Shown piece by piece: positions 41,515-52,459 of a stretch of DNA of 64,000 nucleotides; position 1 is the first letter of the stretch; every line of letters starts with the position of its first letter. The stretch comes from an uncultured Clostridia bacterium. GTDB taxonomy: Bacteria; Bacillota; Clostridia; Tissierellales; Proteiniboraceae. The stretch is taken from contig CAZUFW010000001.1 of assembly GCA_964619895.1 (NCBI GenBank), positions 965 to 64,964 on the forward strand. The letters are read 5' to 3'. Position numbers and translations under genes: made by a program. Below the pieces are notes generated by a model. The model searched no databases. It worked only from the letters and a program-made list of their open reading frames with translations, and was not told where the DNA came from.

Positions 41515-43305
41515 TTATGCGCTCTCGTTCTTTCTTACTAATAGTTCTTCTATTTTTTCTGCTGGAACTGGTGGACTATAGTAATACCCCTGAATAATAT
41601 TGCCACCATTAGATTTGATGAAATCCAGCTGCTCTTTAGTTTCAACTCCCTCAGCTACTGAGCTAATTCCCAGCTCGTGTGAAAGATTTAATATTACTTT
41701 AGCAATAGCCCCATCATCCTTTTCTGGATAACCTTTTATAAACTCTCTATCTATTTTTATAAAATCGAATGTTAAATCTCTAAGATATCCTAGAGATGAA
41801 TATCCAGTGCCAAAATCATCAATAGATATTGAAACACCTATACTTTTTAGGGAACTAAGCTTTTTATTTATTTCTTTTATATTTTCAGCCAATGTACTTT
41901 CTGTTATCTCAATACCTAGATACTTCCCTTCTAATTCACATTCTTTTAATATTTCTTCAATCTCATTGATAATGTTAGCATTATTAAATTGAATGGGAGA
42001 TAAATTTACCGAAATAGGAATTACCGGAAGTCCTTTTTCTTGCCACATTTTGTTTTGTTTGCAGGCCTCTATCATAACCCACTTCCCAATATCATTGATT
42101 ATACCTACTTTTTCTGCAATAGGTATAAAAACAAATGGTGGCACCTGCCCAAGCTCACTACTATTCCATCTCACTAGAGCTTCCATCCCAATTATTTCAT
42201 CAGTATTGGGATCAATTTGTGGCTGATATAAAAGTCCTAATTCCATATTGTCAATTGCAGTTCTTAAAAGTGTCTCTATTTTTACATCTTTTTGAAGCTT
42301 TTCTCTTATAATTTCACTATAGTATACATAGTTTCCACTGTTGTTTTTTGCAGCCCAATCTGTTGATAAATTTATATCTTCAATTATATTGTTAACATTA
42401 TTATGTTTATCTGTAATAGGTAATATTCCAATTACAATGTTGATAAATACTATTTGGGTATCACAGCTAAAACCTATATTAATTACACTATTTAATTCTT
42501 CAACAATATCATTTAAATTATGTGTCTTTGATTCAAATGTCCCAAACACCATGAAATCTTCTTTCCCAGTTCTAAATAAGGTTCCAATGCCATTAAAAAC
42601 TAGCTCAACTCTATTAATCATATTTACAATAACTTCGTCCATTACCCTATAACCATAGCTTGCAACAATTTCATTGTAATTTGTAATTCTAAATAATATC
42701 AGAAATTTCTCTTCGCCTATTACCTTCTTAAAGCTTATCTCTTTTTCTAAAATTTCTTTTAAATATTTTTCATTAGGAAGGCCTGTAAGCAAGTCATATT
42801 TCTCTAATCTGTCTAATTGTTCTTTTTTCCTTATGTCAGTTATATCTTGATATATTCCTATGTAATTAGCGTGTTTACCTCTACGTCTCTTAACTGCGGC
42901 TATAGTCAAATGCTTAGGAAATATTTCACCACTTTTTTTCCTATTCCATATTTCTCCCTGCCACATTCCACTTTCTTTAATAGTTTTTTTCATCTCTTCA
43001 AAAAACTTCTCATCGTGAATTTCTGAGTTTAGAAAAATAGGGTTTTTATGTAGAATTTCTTCTAGATTAAATCCAGTAAGTTCTTCAAAGCTATTGTTTG
43101 CATAGATGATCTTTTTTTCATTATCTGTAATTATGACTGCATTCTTCAAATTTTCAAATATTATTTTCCCAATCATAATCCTGACGTGATCTTTTCTTTT
43201 GTTGTAAAGAAGTAATAGTAAAATCATGACTACAATTATAGTTATTAAGTTTTGAATGACCTGAAAGTTAATTTTATTTGCACTTAGTATAAGGTTATTT
43301 ATCAT
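41515..43305 (-). CDS. TM-PAS-degenerate GGDEF-EAL c-di-GMP phosphodiesterase
   Basis: PAS (WQGEIWNRKKSG), DLLTGLPN, GGDEF degenerated to GKEDF, intact EALVRW and DDFGTGYSS. Confidence 0.92.
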   Translation of the reverse strand: MINNLILSANKINFQVIQNLITIIVVMILLLLLYNKRKDHVRIMIGKIIFENLKNAVIITDNEKKIIYANNSFEELTGFNLEEILHKNPIFLNSEIHDEKFFEEMKKTIKESGMWQGEIWNRKKSGEIFPKHLTIAAVKRRRGKHANYIGIYQDITDIRKKEQLDRLEKYDLLTGLPNEKYLKEILEKEISFKKVIGEEKFLILFRITNYNEIVASYGYRVMDEVIVNMINRVELVFNGIGTLFRTGKEDFMVFGTFESKTHNLNDIVEELNSVINIGFSCDTQIVFINIVIGILPITDKHNNVNNIIEDINLSTDWAAKNNSGNYVYYSEIIREKLQKDVKIETLLRTAIDNMELGLLYQPQIDPNTDEIIGMEALVRWNSSELGQVPPFVFIPIAEKVGIINDIGKWVMIEACKQNKMWQEKGLPVIPISVNLSPIQFNNANIINEIEEILKECELEGKYLGIEITESTLAENIKEINKKLSSLKSIGVSISIDDFGTGYSSLGYLRDLTFDFIKIDREFIKGYPEKDDGAIAKVILNLSHELGISSVAEGVETKEQLDFIKSNGGNIIQGYYYSPPVPAEKIEELLVRKNESA

Positions 43306-43516
43306 TATTACTCACTTCCTTTACATCTAAGCTAAAACGACCTTAGACACAGGCTTTAGACATGTATATTTTACTACAATTTTCATCTTATTTCCACATA
43401 AACAATTTTAATAAAAGCAATTTCTTCTTTTAAATCCTAAACAAAAAGAATCCTTTTTAATAATAGGACTCTTTATAGATTCTGCATAAAAACATAAGAG
43501 AGAACTTTCCTATGGG

Positions 43517-43978
43517 TTATAAAAAAGTTTCTATCATTTCAATATGCTCTTCTTCTTCATGAATAATTCTAGTTAAGGCTTTGTAGCTGTTAGTTTCAGT
43601 ATCCTCTTTTTTCCTTACCAATAGCCCTTGTATTCTAATAACAAGAGCTAGGTTCTTCTGCTCAAATTTTAAAGCACTGATCAGAAGCTGTTTTACATCA
43701 TCAGCCTCAGAATAAGTTAATCCTCTTCTAAACTCAATAATAACTTTTGATATAGTATCATAAATATCAAAATCAATATGTATATCTTCTAAGTCTGATA
43801 TCTCTCTTTTAATTTTTTCACATACTTCAATATGTCTCTCTTCTTCTCTCACAAATACGCCTGTCGCTAGCCTTACACGCTCACTTATGTTTGGACTTTT
43901 CTGTAGCATTTTATAAAGTTCCAAAGACTTTTCTTCAATCTCAATTATCTTGTCTATTATATCTAAAATTGTATACAT
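43517..43978 (-). CDS. Ferritin-like / rubrerythrin-type four-helix protein
   Basis: Repeated E...EExxH pattern (EIEE, EEERH, KFEQ, EEEEH). Confidence 0.65.
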   Translation of the reverse strand: MYTILDIIDKIIEIEEKSLELYKMLQKSPNISERVRLATGVFVREEERHIEVCEKIKREISDLEDIHIDFDIYDTISKVIIEFRRGLTYSEADDVKQLLISALKFEQKNLALVIRIQGLLVRKKEDTETNSYKALTRIIHEEEEHIEMIETFL

Positions 43979-44230
43979 TAGATGGAATCCCTTCCTTAGT
44001 TAATTTAATATATTTGATTATAGCACAATTTTTCAACATTTTTAAGTATTTTTCAATGTTTTTCGACAATAATTAACTATCATAAATTTCTTAATCAGCT
44101 ACATTTACTTTCTCTGTCTCTAATAGCCTATTATAATTATTTATAATACATCATCCTCCTAATTTTTTCTATTGATATTTTTATAATTTTCTGGAACAAT
44201 TAATTGTAATATTAAATAAGGGGATTATAA

Positions 44231-44926
44231 ATGAAAATAAATATATTTTTTAAAGATGATAGCATAATAGTAGTTGAAAAGCCTCCTAAAGTGCCTTGTC
44301 AAAGTGATAAGACTCAAGATAAGGACTTAATGGATATTTTAACTAAACAGTTAATGGAAGATGGTACGAAAGAACCGTACCTAGGCCTTGTACATAGACT
44401 TGATCGCCCTGTAGGTGGAGTACTAGTTCTTGCAAAAACTAAAGAGTTTAATAGAGCCCTATCGAAGCAAATATCTGAACAGGGTTTTACTAAAGAATAT
44501 CTTACAATAGTCTGTGGTAAACCTATAGTCTCACACAATGAATTAAAAGATTACATGAAAAAGCTTGTAACCATTAATATGAGCAAAGTGGTACCTAAAG
44601 GCACAAAAAATGCTAAAGAGGCTATTTTACAATATAGTCTCATGGAAACAGTAAGTACTAGTGAATATGGAGATATTAGCCTTCTTAAAGTTAATCTTAA
44701 AACAGGACGGCATCATCAAATAAGGGTTCAACTTTCTAATGCTGGACTTCCTATATGGGGAGATAATAAGTACAATAAAATTTTTGTTAAAAAGAAGGAA
44801 TGGACTCAGATTTCTCTTTGGGCACATAAAGTGGCTTTTAGACATCCTGTGACTAAAGCTTTAGTTAGTTTTTCTAGTTTGCCTTATGATGAATATCCAT
44901 GGAATCTTTTTAACATTAGCAATTGA
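44231..44926 (+). CDS. RluA-family pseudouridine synthase
   Basis: VHRLDRPVGG, TGRHHQIRVQL, GDNKY. Confidence 0.93.
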   Translation: MKINIFFKDDSIIVVEKPPKVPCQSDKTQDKDLMDILTKQLMEDGTKEPYLGLVHRLDRPVGGVLVLAKTKEFNRALSKQISEQGFTKEYLTIVCGKPIVSHNELKDYMKKLVTINMSKVVPKGTKNAKEAILQYSLMETVSTSEYGDISLLKVNLKTGRHHQIRVQLSNAGLPIWGDNKYNKIFVKKKEWTQISLWAHKVAFRHPVTKALVSFSSLPYDEYPWNLFNISN

Positions 44927-45007
44927 AAATATAGTGCCCTTTACACCAACATTAATTTGGTTTAAAGGGCATTATTTAGGGGGTTTTAGACATCAGAACA
45001 TGTGTTT

Positions 45008-47242
45008 TTAATTTAACTCCAAAAACTTTTCAATTTCATCTGGAGGTATAGGTTTGCTATAATAAAATCCTTGAGCTTTATTGCAACCATTTTCTTTCAA
45101 AAAATCCAGCTGTTCTATAGTCTCTACACCTTCTGCTACTACTTTTAAGTTCAGCTCATTAGCAAGAAGTATAATGGCTTTTGCAATTGCTTCGTTTTTA
45201 GTGTTTAAGTTTATATCTTTAATAAAGGCTCTATCAATTTTTAGTTCATCTACACTCATTTCTTTTAGTTTATATAGGCTTGAATACCCTGTTCCAAAAT
45301 CATCTATAGATATATTTACTCCTAGTGCTTTTAACTTTCTCAGGGTTTCAAGAGTATATTCTATATCCATAATTGCTATTGATTCTGTAATTTCTAAAAC
45401 TAAACAATTTGGATTGATTTCAGATTCATTGATTATTCTTAATACAGTCTCAGCAAAATTCAGTTGTTGAAATTGTTTTGCCGAAATATTAACAGAAACT
45501 GTTATAGGCTTGTACCCTTTATTCATCCAAGCTTTATTTTGCATACAAGCAGTTCTTAATACCCATTCACCTATTGGAATTATTAATCCTGTTTCTTCAG
45601 CTAATGGAATAAACCTTGCTGGACTCACAAGGCCTTCTCCAGATCTTTCCCATCTTATAAGAGCTTCCAAGCCAATAATAGTTCCTGTACCTATATCCAT
45701 TATCGGCTGATAAAATAATCTAAGTTCGTCATTTTTCTCAGCTTGTCTCAGTTGATTTATCAAAATTAAATTATCCATTTCTTTTTCACTTAATTCTTTT
45801 GTATATATGTAATAGCTATTTCCTCCATTGTTCTTGGCTTTATACATAGATATGTCAGCATTTTTCACTAAGAACTGGATTGTTTTCCCTGCCTCAGGAT
45901 AAGTAGCTATACCTATACTTGCGGTTAAAAATAGTTCATAGGCAGATAAAATAAAAGGATTTTTGAAATCTTCTATAATTTTATTAGCTAGTTTAACTAC
46001 TTCATCTTCACTTTTTATTTCTGGAATTAATATAAGAAATTCATCTCCACCAACTCGTCCTAAAACATCTGATTTTTTTATAAGTTTACTTATTCTTTTC
46101 CCTACTAAATTCAACATTTTATCACCAATATCATGTCCTAAGGTGTCATTTATGTGCTTAAATCTGTCTAAGTCAAAATAAAGCAATGCAAATCTGCTTT
46201 TTTCCTTGGTGGCTTTAGCAATGCACTCACTTAAGGTTTCCATCAAGAAAAGTCTATTAGGTAAAGATGTGACATTATCATAATAGGCAAGATTATGTAT
46301 TTTCTTTTGATGTAAAAGTAAATCCTTGTTAGCCGACTGTAGTTCTTTAGTTCTCTTATTAACTTCTGCCTTCAATCGCTTATTCCATACAATAAAAAGA
46401 CCGATTATCAAGATAACTATACTAGCTGCTATAATGATTGCTTTTATATAAACTTTAATAACTTCTTTCCTGTCAAAAATCTCTTCTCCAAACCATTTTT
46501 TATATATTTTGTCATATGTCCCGTTTTTCTTAAGGCTTTCTAAACCTTGCTCTAAGGTGCTAATTAGATTTTCATTTCCTAGGTAAGTAGCAGGACCATA
46601 TTCTGATGCCCTCAAAGGCTCTCCAACAATCTTTACCAAATGAGACTTCTTTAACTTTTGAAGATAATACAAGCCAGTAAGTTTGTTTCCAACGTATGCA
46701 TCTGCTTCTCCATTTAGTAAAGCTTCCACAGCTTGCTTTTGATCCTTTTTAAGAACCAAAAAAGAACCAGGTATACCTCTTATAATCTCATAATTTATAT
46801 CTCCTTCTTGAAGTGCTACCTTTACCCCTGAAAGGTCATCTATTCCTGTGATTATACTAGTATCCTTCATTACAAAGATTGCTTGGGAATTGATTACTGT
46901 AGGACTTACAAATAAAAACTTTTTCTCTCTATCCTTCGTCTTAGAAATTCCTTGTATAACGTCTATTTTTTCCCATTCGAGGGCTTCTAAAGCCTCACTC
47001 CATTTCATAGGTATAAGCTCAATGTCTATTCCCAATTCAATAGACAAAGCATTCATTATATCAACATTGAAGCCCTTATATATTCCATTTTCGTCTATAT
47101 ATTCATAGGGAGGATGATTGTTGTCGCCTGCCACACGTAATACAATTGAATCATCATATAAAGCCTTTTGTGAATTCTTATTTAACGTAATGAAAAATAA
47201 TACAACAACTACTGAAAAGCAAATTATTATTTTCCTTCTCAC
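45008..47242 (-). CDS. Amino-acid-binding (PBP type 2) sensor fused to GGDEF-EAL
   Basis: HPPYEY...GFNVDI...GTYDKIYKKWFG binding domain, TM, intact GGDEF, EALIRW, DDFGTGYSSL. Confidence 0.93.
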   Translation of the reverse strand: MRRKIIICFSVVVVLFFITLNKNSQKALYDDSIVLRVAGDNNHPPYEYIDENGIYKGFNVDIMNALSIELGIDIELIPMKWSEALEALEWEKIDVIQGISKTKDREKKFLFVSPTVINSQAIFVMKDTSIITGIDDLSGVKVALQEGDINYEIIRGIPGSFLVLKKDQKQAVEALLNGEADAYVGNKLTGLYYLQKLKKSHLVKIVGEPLRASEYGPATYLGNENLISTLEQGLESLKKNGTYDKIYKKWFGEEIFDRKEVIKVYIKAIIIAASIVILIIGLFIVWNKRLKAEVNKRTKELQSANKDLLLHQKKIHNLAYYDNVTSLPNRLFLMETLSECIAKATKEKSRFALLYFDLDRFKHINDTLGHDIGDKMLNLVGKRISKLIKKSDVLGRVGGDEFLILIPEIKSEDEVVKLANKIIEDFKNPFILSAYELFLTASIGIATYPEAGKTIQFLVKNADISMYKAKNNGGNSYYIYTKELSEKEMDNLILINQLRQAEKNDELRLFYQPIMDIGTGTIIGLEALIRWERSGEGLVSPARFIPLAEETGLIIPIGEWVLRTACMQNKAWMNKGYKPITVSVNISAKQFQQLNFAETVLRIINESEINPNCLVLEITESIAIMDIEYTLETLRKLKALGVNISIDDFGTGYSSLYKLKEMSVDELKIDRAFIKDINLNTKNEAIAKAIILLANELNLKVVAEGVETIEQLDFLKENGCNKAQGFYYSKPIPPDEIEKFLELN

Positions 47243-47277
47243 TTAATAGTCTCCTCCCTATTATATTTTTTTATTAA

Positions 47278-47304
47278 CTTCTGCATAATTTTACAAATTC
47301 CTTC
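47278..47304 (-). promoter_or_regulatory. Possible sigma-H promoter of the SBP-GGDEF-EAL gene
   Basis: Minus strand GAAGGAATT-N11-GCAGAAG, same -35 element as the spoVG promoter. Confidence 0.4.
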
Positions 47305-47422
47305 AAAATATTTTATTTCTATTATAACATATTTGGAAAATTATTCTTTAGGAAAAAAGTAATATTTAGTAATTTTATTTATAAATAAAAAAATGCTAAC
47401 CAAAAAGCTGGTTAGCATTTTT

Positions 47423-47533
47423 TATAACGAATAGGAAAGTCCTACTTTTGCTTATATTTATTTAAAGGACTCGTTATGACCTTAATGAGTTTCAAGAAAA
47501 ACTACCTCTAATGTTTCGTTAGAAGCTTTTCTT
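47423..47533 (-). repeat. ~110-bp dispersed two-hairpin repeat, copy 3 (inverted)
   Basis: Reverse complement AAGAAAAGCTTCTAAC...GTAGTTTTTCTT-GAAACTCATT...GAGTCCT...AGGACTTTCC-TATTCGTTATA. Confidence 0.85.
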
Positions 47534-48548
47534 AAATTTCTTGAATATTTGATTCCCTGCGAGACATTAAGGTAAAAAGCCCTCCAAATAACAAATTAAA
47601 GTAGAAAGTTATTATCCTCCACACTAGTACAGCAATACCAATGATTTTTTTGCCAAAAAACATACTAAAAAACATATAGAAGCTTCCTTCTGCACCACCG
47701 CTAGCCCCAGGTATAGGGATAAAAGATGTTATCATAACAACAAATGCTTTAGCAGCAATCATATTATCTATGGAATCACCTACTAAACCAAATGCTCTAT
47801 AAATAAAATAAGGTATTATAAAAAACGACATTAACTGGACCATAGTAAGTACAGAAGTCCTAAAGATCAACAGAGGATTATTTCTTATAATTACAAAACT
47901 GTCACGAAACAATATTAGTTGTCTTTCTGTTTTTTCTACTAACTTGTCTGAGTCTTTTATAATCTTAAGTTTTTCTAACATCTTACAAAAAAACACTAAT
48001 ACAGAATGAGCAAAATTCATGTAGGATGAAAGTAATATTAAAAAAACTATAACAGCAGTGTTGACAGCAAAGCCTAATGTTGCAAGATGTGTAAAGTTTG
48101 ATAATCTAGATTTAAAAAATCCTAGCTTAAAAACAAGTATCACAAAAGAATAAAGAGTTAAAACTGATTGATATATTATAAATTTTCCAGTTAAAATAGA
48201 ACCTGCTACTCCTATCTTTACTCCACTTTTTGATAGCTCATATGCCTGGGCAGGTTGCCCCCCAGTAGCAAAAGGAGTTATTGAATTAAAGAATTGACCA
48301 GTCATAGTAACTTTAAAAGAATCTCTAAATCTGATATTCGCCTTCAATGAACTTGCAATCATATGAAGTACTTTAGCCTCTAAAACCCAATAAATTATCA
48401 TAGCTATAATAGCGAGGATAATCCAATATGGATCCAACATTAATAATTGCTCCTTCAGCTTATCCAAGCCATTAGCTAAAGCAATATAAGCCAGTACACC
48501 TATACTAAAAACTAAACCTAGTATCAATTTAAATAGATTTTTTTTCAT
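47532..48548 (-). CDS. Lysylphosphatidylglycerol-synthase-TM / flippase-like membrane protein (UPF0104)
   Basis: FFNSITPFATGGQP and IPIPGASGGAE motifs; overlaps the upstream glycosyltransferase. Confidence 0.88.
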   Translation of the reverse strand: MKKNLFKLILGLVFSIGVLAYIALANGLDKLKEQLLMLDPYWIILAIIAMIIYWVLEAKVLHMIASSLKANIRFRDSFKVTMTGQFFNSITPFATGGQPAQAYELSKSGVKIGVAGSILTGKFIIYQSVLTLYSFVILVFKLGFFKSRLSNFTHLATLGFAVNTAVIVFLILLSSYMNFAHSVLVFFCKMLEKLKIIKDSDKLVEKTERQLILFRDSFVIIRNNPLLIFRTSVLTMVQLMSFFIIPYFIYRAFGLVGDSIDNMIAAKAFVVMITSFIPIPGASGGAEGSFYMFFSMFFGKKIIGIAVLVWRIITFYFNLLFGGLFTLMSRRESNIQEI

Positions 48549-49599
48549 ATTTCTTACCCCAGAAACGTCTTGTTTTTAAATCCTTACTTATGTTGTCGTA
48601 AAACTCCTCCCATAGATACAGCACATGCTCCTTTGAGTAATATAAACTTCCTCTTATTGAGTTCTTTTTTGCATTCTTATAAAAATCCTTGTTGTTCTTT
48701 AGATTGTACAATATTTCTTCAAATCTTTTATTGTCCTCTGCCCTTAAATAATAATCAAAAAGTATATTCTTATAAATATCAATATCTCTTAAAATAATTG
48801 GTATATGACAATTCATAGCTTCTAAAATAGACATTGGAAATAGCTCATTGTATGATGGCAGAAAAAAAGCATCTGACATATTATATACTGAATTCATGTC
48901 AGCACGTTCTACGATACCAACAAATTTTACATTATTAGGCGGAGAATCTACTATTTCCTTTAGTTCTTTATATCCACATGTAATCTTTCCAAATGAAAAA
49001 CCCCCTGCCCATACAAATTGGACATCAGGCATATTCTCTGCGATTTTTACAAAATCAAGTACTCCTTTTCTCGTCTGTACTTGACCTACTCCTAGTACAA
49101 CGAATGCATCATTGTCTATATTGTATTTTTCTCTTACTTTATTCTTTTCACTTATATTGTAAGGATAAAAATCTTTAGATGAAACAAAGTTAGGTATATA
49201 AGTTATCTTATTTCTATCTATTCCATATTCGCATAGTTTGTCTATGAAATAAGGGTTTACTGTAACTAGGTAGTCCATTCTATTATAGAAAGCAATCATA
49301 TATTTATAGAAAGCCTTTTTAAAAAGTATTGGCATGTCCAAGCTTTCTTCTATAGTCTCAGGTAGAAAATGAACGTATCCAACTGTCTTTCCTGAAATTT
49401 TGGCAAAAGGCAATGTTAAAAAATGCTTAAAATCTACAGTATGATAATGGGTAATGTCAGAGAATTTGAACTTATTTATCTCTATCTTATATTTATCTGA
49501 TAAACCATTTTTAACAAGATTGACTTGTTCCTTGTAAGCAGAAGCTACCCCTTGACCCTTTACTTTTTCTGCAGATGATAACATATTTATTGTAGTCAT
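48529..49599 (-). CDS. GT4 glycosyltransferase (CpoA-like glycolipid synthesis)
   Basis: SSAEKVKGQGVASAY, HFLPET, GQVQTRKG, PSYNELFPMSILEA. Confidence 0.88.
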   Translation of the reverse strand: MTTINMLSSAEKVKGQGVASAYKEQVNLVKNGLSDKYKIEINKFKFSDITHYHTVDFKHFLTLPFAKISGKTVGYVHFLPETIEESLDMPILFKKAFYKYMIAFYNRMDYLVTVNPYFIDKLCEYGIDRNKITYIPNFVSSKDFYPYNISEKNKVREKYNIDNDAFVVLGVGQVQTRKGVLDFVKIAENMPDVQFVWAGGFSFGKITCGYKELKEIVDSPPNNVKFVGIVERADMNSVYNMSDAFFLPSYNELFPMSILEAMNCHIPIILRDIDIYKNILFDYYLRAEDNKRFEEILYNLKNNKDFYKNAKKNSIRGSLYYSKEHVLYLWEEFYDNISKDLKTRRFWGKKYEKKSI

Positions 49600-49846
49600 A
49601 AACATCACTCCAATAACTTTTTTATAATAATAATTTAGTCTTAAAATTTCAAAAAAATACTTCAAAGCTATGGCCTATTAATATATATTTAACAACTCCG
49701 TATTATGATTATACCCTGTATTTATTACATTTAGTACAATATAAGTATTAAAAGTTTATTAAAAAAATCAGTGAATATTATAAAACACTGATTTTTTAGT
49801 TATTAATACTGTCATCTTATTTTTCTTAAATCAGGACTAAATTAAA

Positions 49847-50683
49847 TTATAATAATTTAACTCCATTTTTTATAATTTCAATTTTCCTCTCTTTTAATAA
49901 TCTTCCTATAACTTTTTTATATGCACCTTTGCTCATGTTGAGCTGATTTTTTATTTCTTCCGGCGAACTATTATCATCTAGCATTAATACGCCACCATTT
50001 TTAATCATCTTTGTAAGTACACGTATGACATCCTCATCTGTTTGAATCTGACCTTTTTCTCTTAGGCTTAAACCTAACTTTCCATCTTCTCTTACCTTAG
50101 TCACTCTAGCTTCTATTTTGTCTCCAATTCGATAAGTCCAGTAGAGTTCATTTTTAGGTATCATTGCATCATATTTATTATCTACTGCTACAAAGGCCCC
50201 CATATCCTTATTTATTCTATAAATTACTCCACAAACTTTGTCATCTACTTTATATGGTGAGTCGCTAGTTAGAATTCTATTGACTTTCATTGTTGCACAA
50301 AGTCTATTGCTTTTATCTACATACAAGCCTACTAAGTATTCTCTACCTTTTTCTACTTTTCCTATTTGCTCTCTAAATGGTAATAACAAATCTTTTTCTA
50401 ATCCCCAGTCTAGAAAGGCTCCTATTCTAGTGGTTTCCACTACTCTAAGTACATTTATCTCGCCAACTACAATCTTAGGTCTGTTTGTTGTTGCTATTAT
50501 CCTGTCCTTTGAATCTCTATACACAAATACTTCTATTTCGTCTCCTATTCTGATACCTTCTGGTGCTTGCTTAATAGGCAATAAAATATCATCATCTGTT
50601 TTGTTATTTCTTGAATTTAAATACAAGCCAAATTCTGTTTTCCTAATGACCTGTAGCTTTTGAATTTTACCTAAATCTATCAT
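49847..50683 (-). CDS. CvfB/YitL-family S1 RNA-binding protein
   Basis: GAFLDWGLEKDLLLPFREQ, DNSSPEEIK...MSKGAYKK.IGRL. Confidence 0.9.
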   Translation of the reverse strand: MIDLGKIQKLQVIRKTEFGLYLNSRNNKTDDDILLPIKQAPEGIRIGDEIEVFVYRDSKDRIIATTNRPKIVVGEINVLRVVETTRIGAFLDWGLEKDLLLPFREQIGKVEKGREYLVGLYVDKSNRLCATMKVNRILTSDSPYKVDDKVCGVIYRINKDMGAFVAVDNKYDAMIPKNELYWTYRIGDKIEARVTKVREDGKLGLSLREKGQIQTDEDVIRVLTKMIKNGGVLMLDDNSSPEEIKNQLNMSKGAYKKVIGRLLKERKIEIIKNGVKLL

Positions 50684-50916
50684 TTATTCGTCCTCCTAAA
50701 TGCTAAAATATTAATCTGTTATTAGTATTTCCAAAATTCTTTCAAAGAGTTCTTGTTAATTTAACCTAATTATAATTCAATTTTGAAGTAAACTCCACTT
50801 TTATTTTAAGCCAAGCAATATATTGTATAAATAATAAGCTAAACTAAAGATCTGAAATTCATAAAGATAATGAATAAAAATCTGCTACTTCTAAAAATAG
50901 CAGACTTTTTATCAAC

Positions 50917-52281
50917 TTATGCAGTTCTAATGACTTTTCTTTGCCAATGCCCTCTTTTATAAACTGAAAACCCATATAAACACACTATTAAGTTGCTAAA
51001 ACTCATAGAGAACCATATTCCAGTAGGTCCTACATTAGTAAAATGCTTGAATAGCAATATCATCGGTAATCTTACAAACCATAGTCGACCAACTTCCATA
51101 GCCATTGAATATTTAGTATGCCCAGAACCCTGAAATATTCCTTGAAATATACTAAACAAACCCATAAGCGGCATTGAAGCAGTAATATATCTAAGATAAT
51201 TAACTCCTTGAGAAATAACTTCTAAATCATCTTTAGATTGCATAAAAAAGTTTACTATTTCTTTATCCTTCCATAGCAATAAAATACAGCCTACTACCGA
51301 AAATGATATTGTAAGTTTTATAGACTTTATAAAAGCTTCTCTCACTCTATCTATTTGATCCGAGCCAAGGTTTTGCCCCACAATAGATGTGAGAGCAGCT
51401 CCTACCCCCATTGCCGGTTGCATTATTAGTGATGTTATCCTATTAACCATGCCAAAAGCAGCCATAGTAGCAGTTCCGTAAGATGCAATGAAGCTATTAA
51501 GAACTATAAATCCTAAAGATGCTCCAGATTGACCTATGGAAGAAGGTAAACCTACGCTAATTAATCTTTTAATAATATCCTTGTTAAACTTGAAGCCTTT
51601 TAATCTAGGCTTTACCATCATGGAAGATTTCATCAATATGTATATTCCTACTATAGAAAGTAAGGCTTTTGAAATCAATGTAGCAATAGCTGCCCCTGCA
51701 ATACCCATATTAAAAGTAAATATGAAAATAGGGTCTAATAATACATTTAATACAGCACTAATTCCACTTAGTACAGTTGGAATCATAGTGTTTCCTTGTG
51801 AGTTCATGATTGAGTTAAAGTTAAAAAATAAAAACATAAATGGCATATCTAGAAAAGTAATTTTCAGATAAATATCGCTGTATTTTGCAAGGTCCCCTGT
51901 TCCACCCATTAATTTTATTATATAAGGGCTTGCAAAATATCCTATGACGGTGAAACATATAGAAACTATTAAGGACAATACAATAAGTTGACTAGAATAT
52001 TTGTTTGCTTCTTCATATTCTGCTGCTCCAATTAGTTGTGACAGCAAGGAAGTACCTGCTATAGCTATTCCAATTCCTAAAGATATAAACAAAAAATTCA
52101 CTGGCCAAACAAAAGCTGTAGCAGCAAAATACACAGAGCCTAGTTTGCTAACCCAGACTCCATCTGCCAGGTTATAAAGTGTTTGAATTAGATTATTTAT
52201 CATAATTGGTAAAGATAAAGTAATAATTACTTTATAAATGTCTCCACTAAGTATAAGCTCTCTTCTCTCCTGAGTATTCAT
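50917..52281 (-). CDS. MATE family efflux transporter
   Basis: QTLYNLADGVWV, NVLLDPIFIF, GIAGAAIAT. Confidence 0.92.
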   Translation of the reverse strand: MNTQERRELILSGDIYKVIITLSLPIMINNLIQTLYNLADGVWVSKLGSVYFAATAFVWPVNFLFISLGIGIAIAGTSLLSQLIGAAEYEEANKYSSQLIVLSLIVSICFTVIGYFASPYIIKLMGGTGDLAKYSDIYLKITFLDMPFMFLFFNFNSIMNSQGNTMIPTVLSGISAVLNVLLDPIFIFTFNMGIAGAAIATLISKALLSIVGIYILMKSSMMVKPRLKGFKFNKDIIKRLISVGLPSSIGQSGASLGFIVLNSFIASYGTATMAAFGMVNRITSLIMQPAMGVGAALTSIVGQNLGSDQIDRVREAFIKSIKLTISFSVVGCILLLWKDKEIVNFFMQSKDDLEVISQGVNYLRYITASMPLMGLFSIFQGIFQGSGHTKYSMAMEVGRLWFVRLPMILLFKHFTNVGPTGIWFSMSFSNLIVCLYGFSVYKRGHWQRKVIRTA

Positions 52282-52459
52282 CCATGTCCCCCTTATGATT
52301 AATTGATAATACATATCATAATGATTATACCATTATATGGGGCTACTTGAATAGTCTTCTTAGGCACTATATTAAACCTAAGATTCTAAAAATAAAGCTT
52401 CTTTCTAGCAAAATTATTAAATAAAGCTAGAAAGAAGCTTTTATAGTTTATAATACTAA

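Noticed and set aside
41365-41515. yybP-ykoY manganese riboswitch upstream of the GDT1 transporter
   Set aside because: I could not find its conserved core; the space is taken by copy 2 of the 110-bp repeat, which also occurs next to unrelated genes.
39372-47533. 110-bp repeats as integron attC sites (TTCTAAC ... GTTATA ends)
   Set aside because: No integrase in the window, two of three copies point against the adjacent genes, spacing does not give one repeat per gene, and flanking genes have their own promoters and terminators.
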